A DNA stretch of 62,983 bases, the filler included, from Rhabdomonas costata (Eukaryota): NCBI GenBank assembly GCA_019059605.1. It is 29 parts of 29 records of this genome, joined end to end, with 100 filler letters (N's around TTAATTAATTAA, not from the genome) between each part and the next. Parts side by side here need not be neighbours in the genome. Positions count along the whole stretch, not along the records: positions 1 to 2,077 come from JAHMHO010005831.1; positions 2,178 to 4,249 come from JAHMHO010005832.1; positions 4,350 to 6,427 come from JAHMHO010005833.1; positions 6,528 to 8,603 come from JAHMHO010005834.1; positions 8,704 to 10,779 come from JAHMHO010005835.1; 24 more parts are not named here. One strand, written 5' to 3'. A model generated the notes under the pieces. That model saw only the letters and a program-made list of their open reading frames with translations, was not told where the DNA came from and did not search any database. Position numbers and translations under genes: made by a program. This document shows positions 1 through 10,779 of this stretch, piece by piece (the first letter of the stretch is position 1; the number at the start of each line of letters is the position of its first letter).

Positions 1-1429
1 GGTTTTGCAGGGGTCCCGAAGTGGCTTATCCCCGCTCGACACTAAGTCAAACCGAGAGCGAGCCGTGCCCGATGTTGTGGGTGGCACTGGAAACATGGGT
101 CGAATAAGAAGGTCAATGCAGTCTTGCGTGAAGGCAGGCAGGAGCGCCTCGGCAACCTAAACATCCCCTCCCCCCCACTTCCTACCGGAAAATTTTAAAA
201 TGGAGTTGCAGAGAGCTGGGGGCCGATTTAAGAGTCCTGCGGGTGTTTTTGGGAATGGATTCAGGTGCGGGCGCAACGTTGTGGCTGTTTCATGCAAAGT
301 CGATCTCACAGGGCAGAAAAAGCAATAGGAACTGCCATGGAACAGGCATTCATGTGGCTCGCAAGCCCACAACGCTGCCATGCAAACGGACAAAGCCAAA
401 GCTGGAACTGAAAGATGATTTCACTCACAAAAATAAGGCCTCAAAAACTCACCTTGAAGAAACTAATTTTGTATTTCTTTATCCTTGTTTCAATTCCGGG
501 GACAAGGGCATTGCAAACGTTCCTTCCTCTCCTGTAATAACAATAGATTCCTCAACAAAAAAGGACTCTGTAAATGCTAGCTACCTTTTGCAAAGTAGAA
601 ACGTAGACAACTTAAATCAAAAATTGGAGACAAGTTCTGAAGAAGAACCAGCAATGTGTGGCTTACGGTTTCGCGAGCAGGGCGGGGGGGGGGGAAGGGG
701 AGTTCCGACCGCAGGCTGCCCATTTATTTCAATAAGAAAGACGGTGAAGTTCTCGTCCAGCATGAAGTCAAACCCGAAAACTTGGTAGCACAGCAGGTCC
801 GCAAACTCTCCACTGAGCGAGACGTGCACGTGAACAGCTTTTGGGACGCCTTTGCTCTTCCTTTATACAAAACTCTTCCTGATAAGAACGGGGAGATGGA
901 AGGCAGGGGTGAACCTGACGGATTGAAGGAGGTGGGTCTTTACTGCGTCAAAGCACGTCTTTATGATCTCCTTCATCGTGGGAATGACCTGAACACCCAC
1001 AAAAGACAGGGCGCTTATTAGCCCAAAAAAGCTTGATCCAAATGGTTCCGTTAGCCGAGGGCTCTTATTTTCTCTACAATCTCGATGCGCGTTATCGAGG
1101 TGCACAAGGTACCAAACGCAGCACGCAAGCAAGCACACCTGTTCTCTGAAGTTGAGCCCAGGATGTAAAAAGTCGAGGTAATCCTGGAACTGCGAAAAGT
1201 GGTGGCAAAAGCAAACGCAAAGAACGCAAATCTGGAACCTTCTCGTTTAAGCAGAATTCCGCCGGCACAAGGTCGCACTAGCGCAAAGACAGCCCTGGGA
1301 GGTGGGCGGGGTGGGGGTACCTGAGAGTACCACATCTCATTTCCGCACTCGTAAACCGCGAAGTTCGGGCCTTTCTCCTGGACGCAATGGTTACTTAGGT
1401 GAATCAAATCGTTGTTCAGGTCCTCCAAG
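1..1429 (-). CDS. TTL: Tubulin-tyrosine ligase, C-terminal part (5 exons, partial)
   Basis: GT-AG exons 1429-1321, 1189-1139, 988-915, 860-710 and 156-<1 splice in frame to ...LIHLSNHCVQEKGPNF...GNEMWYSQFQDYLDFLHPGLNFREQVIPTMKEIIKTCF...CYQVFGFDFMLDENFTVFLIEINGQPAVAEALLPAFTQDCIDLLIRPMFP. These are the TTL HLxN, FGFDFMLD and LIExNGxP motifs. Confidence 0.9.
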
Positions 1430-2077
1430 CTGAGGGAGAGAGGAAGTTACTCCCAGACAACCGAAATATCAGCTGTTTTTGGGCTTTGCTTTTGTGATAT
1501 GCAATCTGTAGGTCATCAAATATGATGAGAGGGCAAAGGTGAAAGCAAGTGCGAGTAAGATACTACTTGCCACACGCAACAGGAGGTATGCATGAAGGAA
1601 GAGGGAGGGAGAACGGGGGAAGTTTAGAGGTTTACAAACCTAAACGGCTCCGAACAAGTCCGCAAAACTCCTTCGCTCCAGAGCCAGATATTGAACTTTG
1701 GGTCAACGACAACCCAGGACCTGTCGGGCACCCAGAAACGCACCTCTTCGATAAATTCCAATCCTCAAAAACCGACGTTGCAGTTCAAAAAGACCGGAAA
1801 ACATTTGTTTCAGGCACGCATAGGATGCCATTTCAAAAAGGCTTCCCACCGAACCTTCTAGAAATACAAAAAGTTCCGGAAGAGAACCCTTTTCATAATT
1901 CGGAGAAGATCGCGGTGAGCCGATAAGCCTGACCCCATCGCTATCTCATTTTCTGCGGACATTTTCGACGTTGATTGTCATTCTCTCTGTGCGTTGCCTT
2001 TCATCACGGAGGATATGCTAACTGGAAGCTGAACAGAATTGCGATGATATGGAAGCAATCAAACAAAACACGTGCAC

Positions 2078-2177
2078 NNNNNNNNNNNNNNNNNNNNNNN
2101 NNNNNNNNNNNNNNNNNNNNNTTAATTAATTAANNNNNNNNNNNNNNNNNNNNNNNNNNNNNNNNNNNNNNNNNNNN
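2078..2177. other. Artificial contig-joining spacer N44-TTAATTAATTAA-N44 (first of 28)
   Basis: The same 100-nt spacer starts at 2078, 4250, 6428, 8604, 10780, 12957, 15134, 17314, 19491, 21667, 23843, 26019, 28193, 30365, 32541, 34717, 36893, 39069, 41241, 43418, 45588, 47765, 49940, 52114, 54289, 56464, 58638 and 60810. TTAATTAATTAA places stops in all six frames. All 29 contigs are about 2.07-2.08 kb, consistent with length sorting. Confidence 0.98.
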
Positions 2178-2285
2178 TGTGGTTTGGGTTCGTCCGCATT
2201 GAGTTTATTTGTTGAAAAGGGGCAGCAGATGACGTTATCTCTTTCATCCTCATCTCCCGCCCGCCCTGATTGTTTTTCTTGACAG

Positions 2286-3975
2286 AGCAGACTGGGCTTC
2301 CCATGTTCTTGCACAACCGAAACACCGATGGGGACTTCGCAGGTGCCTTCCCGCTTTCCTTGCAAGTGTTCGAAAGTCCAAGGCCCTTGCCAGCGTGCGG
2401 TCGAGCGAGTGGGTTGCTTGAGTGTGGGCAGGTGGATTTGGACCTGGGTCGTTTGCCCTTAAAGCGTTGCCGTAGGTTTGCTTGCGTGTGATATGGGTGG
2501 TGACGTTAACCTTGCAAGGTTGGAAACGGGTTATTTGCTCGCATGGCAGTGTGTTCTCATTGCAAGGCATGCCTGCTGGTTGTGTGACGCAGCTGTGGTT
2601 CGTGCCAACCGCCACCGGTTTGTTGGCGGTGTTGCTCACTCTTTCACGGGAGATCTGCCCGAGCTGCTGAGCCTTCTGGAACTCGACCTGTACATTGGTG
2701 TGTTTCCCGTGAACGAGTTTTTTAATGGCTGTGTATGTGTGTGCGTGTTCGTGCCTCGGGTTTCCCGACGCACTCACGCGCACTGTGCACGATATCAACC
2801 ACACCTCGCCTGCAAGCTTGGCCCGCCTTCGTGCCTTCCTTTCCACACGTGTGTTTGTGCTTTCTTTTAGTTGAACAAGATTCTTCAATTCAAACATCCG
2901 TGTGGTGTAGAGAGAAAAAAGTTGATGATGCATGATGTTCTCGCCGCACTAAGCTGAGTTGAGAGGAAGTTTGGGCAGGGAGGATCATTACTGATAAAAG
3001 GACGGAGGGGCTGCTCACTCTGAACTGATGTCTGTGCTCTTCGCAGGCATCAACGGGGCCTCGTTGAAGACCGAGGAAAACCTCAGCGTGCTTTACCACA
3101 TCCCCCTCAACCGCCTGCTTTTGGAGACGGGTGTTTTTTTGTCTTTATGAGGTCATGTCAAGCTCAGGCTCCAAGAGGCGGTTCTTGAATGCTGAAAGGA
3201 TTCGTGAAATGCACAGTGAGGTGCTCAGCCAGATGTATGGTTGCTGTTCATGCTGGAGAGGGGCAGTTGGGCTTGGGGTCGATGTGGATGTTTAAAAGAA
3301 TCTGCTTGGGCTTTGCCCTCTAAACAAAGGCAATATATTGAGATGCAACGCGTCATAAGTAATGTGGTATCACGGACGTTTATAGTCAGACGAATTTTAG
3401 TGCTAACGGGCTCGCCAGGAGGTGCCGGTGCGTCGCTCCTGCAAGTTTCTTCGGGTTCTCTGCTATTTCGGTGATCAGGGTCGTATGCCGCACATACCCC
3501 GTGCACACACACATGTACACACGTCCACTCCGAAGGTGCCAGCACCGTGACCAACAGCACGTGCGCCCGTCAGTCCACAGTGGTCACTAACAGTCAATCA
3601 GGAAGCAGCCAGCGTGCTATGCGCCCAACGCACACACGCACACATTCTTTCGCACATACCCCACTCATTTTATCTTCATTTGTGTGGTCCATTGTGGTTG
3701 CAATCGTCACCTCCCCCTGTCTGACAGTCTCGGGAGAGTTGCGAGAGGATTGCTGAGAGGACACGTCCACCGCCAAGAAGAATTTACTTGGTGGTATGCG
3801 AACACCTATGCATACATGCTTCCTTTCCCACAGACGCCCCGTGGTGTGACATCCGCAGCACCCACGCCAGCCATCGGTTTCTCAGCTCGGCCACCGCCGC
3901 GGTGGACTCCCGCAAGCGGGAGAAGTTTGAACGAGGCAAGCAGGTGAAGTCTCGGAACGAGCCATGCAACATCAG
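2286..3975 (+). CDS. TATDN1: TatD-family DNase (TATDN1-like), internal 4 exons
   Basis: Exons 2286-2342, 2593-2697, 3047-3130 and 3834-3975 give [38 protein letters not shown]...LDLYIG-INGASLKTEENL...IPLNRLLLETD-APWCDIRSTHAS...VKSRNEPCNI, which are diagnostic TatD motifs. Confidence 0.93.
3541..3645. repeat. Interspersed repeat family A, copy 1 (inside TatD intron), ending in a CA-rich tract
   Basis: AGCACCGTGACCAACAGCACGTGCGCCCGTCAGTCCACAGTGGTCACTAACA...CAGCCAGCGTGCTATGCGCCCAACGCACACAC is near-identical to 43050-43170 on another contig. Confidence 0.85.
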
Positions 3976-4548
3976 GTTCCTGTCTCTATCCGCATGCGAG
4001 TGTTTGATTGACTTCTTACCGCTTACGCTGCGCCTTTCTTATGTTCTGTGATCGACTTCTCCAGCTGTGTTCTTTTTTATTGTTTTTTTTTGGAGCGGCT
4101 GGACGAGACCAAAAGATTTTGTACACTCCCGCTCCCAGCCCCGAGCCCAAGAGACAAAGGCATGCGGCACACAAAATTCCGACTTCGTTTCGACACTTCC
4201 GTTTCCTTTGTGGACAGCGGGTGGTGTTGGGGGAGCAATCCCCAAACAANNNNNNNNNNNNNNNNNNNNNNNNNNNNNNNNNNNNNNNNNNNNTTAATTA
4301 ATTAANNNNNNNNNNNNNNNNNNNNNNNNNNNNNNNNNNNNNNNNNNNNGTTGGGTTGGGACGTGAACTCTCCTTAAGGAGTTCATTGGACAGGAACAAA
4401 AAACTAAAATGCTGCCAAAAAGGGCATCTCGTAAAATGCTTGCTTTCTGGCTTTTATTTCAAATAATTAGCACCGAAACAAAATTTTTTGGCATCAAAAA
4501 GGAAAGCTGTGGCACAGGCAAAGGCAAAGGCTTAGGCACAGTATTACC

Positions 4549-4992
4549 CGACAGAATGGCTGGTAACACCGCTCGAACTCCTGTACGTTCAAAAGCTCGC
4601 CTATAAAAAAATCTTTCAAATTCTCAGTATGGCGAGGTGAAACGGCATAACGAGATAAAACCATTTCGAATGCGAGGGAGAGAGGGAATGGTTTTTCTGT
4701 TTGATCTTGGTGTTCGTTTCCCAAAGGTCTACACTCTCGCCAAAGCAACAAAGAACCGTGAAGTTGCACTTCACCTCCCAGCTTTCGCCCCAATGCGCAT
4801 TACACACGCACGAAAGCCAGCACAAGGCTCACAATGAAGGCAGGGTTCGGGTGCACAAGCATGCCCTGCAGGAGATCGTGTCAGGGCCCAGCACCAGCGC
4901 AGACACCGCCAGCTCGGGTACGGTGGTGGGGGTATGCCTAGGATCGAATATGTCGTCCGTAAACCGCATGGAGAAGCTGCTCTTCCCGCAGC
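4549..4992 (-). CDS. Divergent Rab/Ras-like small GTPase domain fragment
   Basis: Exon 4992-4865 (after a CACAG acceptor) encodes GCGKSSFSMRFTDDIFDPRHTPTTVPELAVSALVLGPDTISCR (P-loop end plus switch-I region). A probable later exon at ~4600-4549 encodes GELLNVQEFERCYQPFCR. The joining phase is unresolved. Confidence 0.6.
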
Positions 4993-5715
4993 CTGTGAAC
5001 CAGAACCCCGCTTCCTGCTCCCGCCTTCCACGACCACTGTGCCAATCTCAAGCAGAAAAATGTGGTCAGAATTAGCGTAAATTGGACTGGGATACAAAGA
5101 AATAATATTATAAAACCGGAGTTGTATTTGCCAAACTAGAAAAAAAAAAGAACGAGCATTGACAACAATTCATTTCGGTGCTCCTTTTCCCTATTATCTG
5201 TGCAGCACAGGGCCCGATGCGTAATGTCCTACATCAAGTTACCGACCCGACATTGACCATGTGGGAGCATGAGAGTTAAGAAAAAATCCCTAAAACGAGG
5301 GAGGGGGGCAGGTAGGAGAAAATGGGCAGAACAATAAAAAAGAGAGCGCAGAAAGACACGATCGTCGTGCGTCATTTAATAAAGTGCGTCAGTTATTTAT
5401 AAACTTCATGCTAGCCAGTCATTATAAGGTGGGGGGTGGGGAGGGCAGGACAGAATACCGACGAGTACCCGAATTATTAGCATCACATTTTCACGCCATT
5501 GCCCCCTATTAATATCGAGATTCATCACTCAAATTTTCCCCGACAAAGTTCGCCCATGCTCCCGTTTATGGACATGCAGTTACGCACTGTGCGGCTTTGT
5601 GAGAGGATCGTCAGCTCAAGCAAAACCGTCTCATGATTAGACTACATGGAACCAAAGGTGCCTCCTCAAATTCAGAATCTCCTCCCAGATTGCTTCCAAC
5701 AGTCACCAATATCAG

Positions 5716-5950
5716 TGCTGGCACACCGGCGTGCAGGTGGGCGGAGGGTGTGCAGCCTATAGTTCTTCCATTTATCCAAATCCAAGCCCAAGGTGACGCA
5801 AGCGTATAAAAAATACGGTCCTTCCAAGCCTGTGTAAAGACAAAATGGCTCAAAAACACCTTCCGTCTTTAAATGGCTCCAAATGGTCTTTACGGTGGCT
5901 CTAAACAGAAGCATTCCGGCTCACTCCCGTGCCAGCTTAAAGTATTCCTG
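5716..5950. mobile_element. Interspersed repeat family B, copy 1 (begins with a GC-rich hairpin; may extend to contig end 6427)
   Basis: Colinear similarity with 14904-15130: TGCTGGCACACCG.CGTGCAGGTGGGCGGA.GGTGTG..., AGCCTGTGTA, GGCTCAAAAACACC, GTGGCTCTA, CATTCCGGC and GTGCCA blocks. Confidence 0.75.
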
Positions 5951-6540
5951 GGCTCTACTCTTAGGTATGCTACACAGGCCCGGCCGAAAGCTTACGCCGA
6001 AAAGTGCTCCACAGGCCTTGAAAATTGTCGAAAACGCCCTTAAAAGGGCCAAAATGGGACCTTGAAGGGGCCATATCTCGGCGTAGAGAAGGAGTCCAAG
6101 GCCGGGAAGCGGCCAATCAACTCATCTCAGGAGTATTGCCCCCACCAATATGAGCCCCAACCCGTCACTCTAGCTCGAGTTCTGAGGTCAATGTTAGGTC
6201 TCTGGTCCGGTCCGGGAGTGACTATGGCGGATGTCACCCAGCAAATAGGGTGAGGATTTGGGCCGAAATCAGTAGTCCTACTCCCCATTCCGCCAACGAT
6301 TGGTGAGGTTCCGGAGGTCGGCTTAAGAGGCTCGATAGGCCCACCTGGTGGCACCCCCCAGAACAGCGATAAGAGAAAGAACTGTAATTGTTAAATGAGG
6401 TAATTCACGGGCTAAGCGCACAAACAANNNNNNNNNNNNNNNNNNNNNNNNNNNNNNNNNNNNNNNNNNNNTTAATTAATTAANNNNNNNNNNNNNNNNN
6501 NNNNNNNNNNNNNNNNNNNNNNNNNNNTGTTGTGTGGGAG

Positions 6541-7479
6541 GTGCTGCAGTACTCCGGGGGTTTAGCGGCGCGAGGTAAGCGGAGCCTATTTCTTGGTTTA
6601 CTACATTATTGTATTATGTATTATGTATTATGTATTACGTATATCTCGCTGCAACTACACGCGTAAGCACATCCGCCTTGGTGACCTGCGCCATGCACTT
6701 TGTGCAATTCGCTTGCTGCATGGCACCATTTCGGCCCTTCAATGCGGGAGTTGGTTTCTTTTCTTGGTTTGGGCACGACTCCCAGCATGAGACACAGCCA
6801 GTTTCGGTAACTCGATGGGCCTGATATCACTCACCTCCGAAGTGCCACCTTGTATGACACTTTGCTTTCCCGTGGCCGTCGTAGTAAATGCAAACTGTTG
6901 AAAACTATCTACAGTGAACGCCAAGACGGGTATTTCACTGAAGTGATAAAACACTACCGAACACGACGAATATACCATCCGAAACCGCACTAGTTGGTGG
7001 GGGGCGGTAGTCGAGGGGCATCGACGACATGGAGGAGTTGCTTTCCGAAAGTTGTTCTGGCCTTTGACGGGACTCATGCAGTTACTCGGCTCGGGGCAGG
7101 ATTTGCCCGGTTGTGGGCAGCTTCTTTACTTCTCGTCTCCAATTACGTGCACACAATTGCAGACGCGTCTTCTAATGTCTTGTTCGCGGAGGGTGTGCAC
7201 TCCTCCTGCGGTCTGTGTCCCACTTGTTCATCAAGCAGAAAGCAATGCGATCTTCCCTAAGATTTGGAAATGTGTACTATGGGTCTGCTGCACAGTGGAC
7301 GCGAAAGAAGAGCTCCTGAGCGGTTCCCCCGAGGAAACCGAGATCCGCGCGGCGACGGTGCAAAGCGTGGAGCAGCTTCGGGCCTGCCTGGAGCACTCCC
7401 ACGGCCTGAGGTTGCGGACGCTGGAGCTGGACTGGCTGCTGTGGCAGACGGGCCACGCCCTGCGAGACCAAATGAGACC
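6541..7479 (+). CDS. QNG1: Queuosine salvage protein (QNG1/C9orf64, DUF2419), C-terminal exons
   Basis: Exon ~6541-6574 (VLQYSGGLAAR, donor GTAAGC) splices in phase to 7296-7479 (VDAKEELLSGSPEETEIRAATVQSVEQLR...LELDWLLWQTGHALRDQMRP), matching the DUF2419 L.YS..L, E.EIR and LD..LW motifs. Confidence 0.85.
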
Positions 7480-9126
7480 GTATCAGGACGGACGAACTGT
7501 ACTTTCTCTGCCTTTCGGGGCATTGTCAGTCAGCGCGCGGAATGTTTTTGCTATGACGTTCTCTCAGCAGTTGCCCCCTCTCCCTCGACGCTGCCGTAGC
7601 TTGCTTGCACGAAATGCTGCAGATTTTATTCGTGTCTTTGTTTGAAGAGCAAGAGGAGAAAAGGAAGGGTGGGCTTGCAGCGCTGCTCTTGTGATGCTTG
7701 TAACTTTGAAGAGTGATTCTCCCTTGGTCCTCCATTCAGCGGCTGTGTGTATCTGTTCTTTCGGGATGGATATTGCTCTTCATGACAAGCGGGCTATCGC
7801 CTGATCAGTCTCTTGGGTTCGTTTTGGAGGTTAATAGGGAGAATGACAGAGGCGTGATGCCATGATTTGGGGAGGAAGTATTCAGTTGCCCAGGGCGCTT
7901 CGGAAGAGTGGGGCAATGACTAATTGGTCCTCATTTCGGTGGTGCAGGCAACCCAGAGAGACACAAGGAATTATCCATCCCACCTCCTCTCCTTTATGTT
8001 GCGCTTGCTGCTTTATGTGGTGCTTTAGCTGCTTTAGCTGGGGGGTGCTGTATTATCCTGGCATCATTCTACACCCATTCCCCTTTCCATTTAGTTCAGG
8101 TCCGTAGCCCCGCAGGGCAAGATAGATGTATGCTGCTGGAATAGCCCCCCAAAACCGACTAAAAGAGGAATATTGTTTAATACGTATGTGTCGTGTCAAA
8201 CGCTATTGGTTTACAACTTTTGTGAAAGGCATGTAAGCCGGAGGCAGCTGTGACATGAAGTGCAGCGACTGTGAAGTGTGGCGACTGACTGAGCGATGAG
8301 ACTTATATCTGCGGAGCTCAGATGTTTACCCAGTCTGTGTGACATCCTCAGCCAAACGCGTCGTGCTCTTGCCGTCTTATCGCTGAGGGCTGGGTGGCAG
8401 TTTTCTACCTCCTCGCTCACGCAGGAGCTTGGAAACGATGCCATCGCGCGCGAAAATTTGCAAAATGAAGTCTTCTTCGGAGCAGCGCAGCACACCACCT
8501 GCTCGCAGCTGCGGACCGCGAATTAAACCCCTGTATAAACCCCCGGACACGGCGCTTGCCTCGCCCTCGCAGCTGACAACTTCCCCCCGAGGCGCCAAAC
8601 AAANNNNNNNNNNNNNNNNNNNNNNNNNNNNNNNNNNNNNNNNNNNNTTAATTAATTAANNNNNNNNNNNNNNNNNNNNNNNNNNNNNNNNNNNNNNNNN
8701 NNNTCCATTTTGCCCCCCCCCCCCTGTACCGCGCAGTCATGAAGGATATCTTCCTTGACACCTCTTGCTACTTCAAACAATGGCGTAGAATCCAGGAAAC
8801 GCCGGGTTGAAACAGACCACTTGCACGACAGTGGGGCTTTTGCAATTTTCTGACAGTCCATGTGTATCCCTCCGCAATCGGCGTTGCAACGTGTGGCTGA
8901 TCTCGTTTCCTTCTGTGGCGTTTGCAGTCCTGAGGCAACAGAGTGGGAATGGCGTCGTGGTTTTCGCTGTGGTTTCGTCCTTTTGTTTTTGCTCTCCAAG
9001 TTTCTTCTAAGCGTTGTGTGTTGCGCTCCTGCTGCCAACGTGCGTACTGCCAAACCACGTCCGTTCCAACCCCTCTCTGTCGTGTATCCTTTCTTCTCTC
9101 ACTCTTCTTTCTGCATGCATTACAAG

Positions 9127-10779
9127 GGTTACTTCCGCACCGGGGGTATGTACGACATCAACACCCGCACCTTCACTTGGGACCCCGCGGAAAACTTTGC
9201 CGTGGACTGCCAGACCTGGACCGGGTATGGAAGGAAAGAGGGGAGGGAAGGCAAAGCCTTCGAGTATTCAATCCCTCCTGTCATGTTACTTTTTCTCTGG
9301 TTAGCAGCCTTTTAAATGGGGAAATGGAGAGGAGTTTCTTAAGGGAGACTGAATGATCAGAGCGGGGTGTGGCGCATTCTCGTCCCTTGGCCTTCCCTCT
9401 GTGGAAACCCATCTCCACAGGACAGTGCTGGGCTCGCAGCTCATTGACAGTTGGTTTGGACCCCAGACCGCGCTGAACCTGTGGAGGACCACCCGCAAGC
9501 TGGCAGGATATGCCGTGCAGCCCGATGGCACAGTGAAGGTTGCGCCTGCCCCCACCCGAACACAGCACCCCAATGTCAGTTCGAGCTGAGAGCTAAGAGA
9601 ATGCTATTCGTGTCTCTCTAATATGGTCGCTATCAAAGACACAAGGGAGAGCAATTTTTATAGGAAAAATCACGTCGTTTCAGGGGAGGAACGTCCAAAA
9701 GCACCTCCACCGTGTCATTATTATGTTCTTTGATGCCTGTGTGTGGGGTAGAGATCCGAGAGGTGCTGGAGAAGAGGAAGAGGGTTGCTTCAGGATCATA
9801 CTTACTCTCGTACTTGCTCTCCTTTGTAGGGTGTGGGGTACACCCACAACCAAGCCGACCAAGTGTGCTCCGGAGAGTGGACCTACGGCGCGGCGAACTG
9901 GCTCATGGTATGTTACTTTCTCATTTGTGCCATGTTAACCTTTTCCGAAACGAAACGAAGTGAGGTACCGACTTAGTGCACTGTAAGGTTTAGTAGGCGC
10001 ATGTTTTCCGATGATTTGCGCAGTTTACGGGGTGGTTTTGACCCCCCCCCCCTTTCAGCCCTTAAAAGCTGCTCTAAAGCCCGTAAAAGGGGGATTTAGA
10101 TTCCGAGTGAGAGCGGTGCCGAAGTCCAAAGCTACCAAAAGACATTCCAAGGTGCTACTTATTGTCTCTCGTTTCGGGACCCCTTAGCGCTAGCGCCCTT
10201 ACTTTGTTCATCCCTTTGCCGCAGCGCCACCATAGAGTGGCGTGTTTTTTCTGCAGTTTTTCATTATCTTTGGACGATTTTAACCTCCGGGCCGTAATGC
10301 CCCCGCCCCCAAGGTCACTGAGCTTTCTTCTGGCGTTGATCTGTCCCCACTCCCCCCACCAACAAATCCTTGCAAACTCCATTATCGCTGTGAACACTCT
10401 TCCACACAAGGACACGCTGAAGAGCATTTTGTTCAATATTTCAATGAGTAGAAGGATGAACCTGCACTACCTCTTCTGGAAGAGGACTCCCACCCATCCT
10501 GAGCTTCACCTCATCCCTCGAGGGGTGGAGCAGTTGGGATTCGGCGCCCGTCTATTGGGCTTATACTGTGTTTGAAGGTGCGTCTGATATCCCAGTAAAA
10601 GATTTGCAGGGGGTCAGTGGGCGACTGGGCTTCCCTGGGACGTCCCAAATGTCGATGAACCTGTCCTCGTACCGCACTTGGCAGGTGATGGCCGAGGAGT
10701 CGGGGTACCCCTCAGCCACACGCCGGGCCCTTCGTGCGGAAGCCGCGCAGATGGCGGCTCACCTCCGCTCTGCCCTCAC
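9127..10779 (+). CDS. Uncharacterised protein, possibly six-hairpin glycosidase-like (4 exons, partial)
   Basis: Exons 9127-9224, 9421-9538, 9830-9907 and 10685->10779 splice in frame: GYFRTGGMYD...FAVDCQTWTGTVLGSQLIDSWFGPQTALNLWRTTRKLAGY...VKGVGYTHNQADQVCSGEWTYGAANWLMVMAEESGY. The gene model is solid; the function is a guess from the D.QTW and GEWT motifs. Confidence 0.6.
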
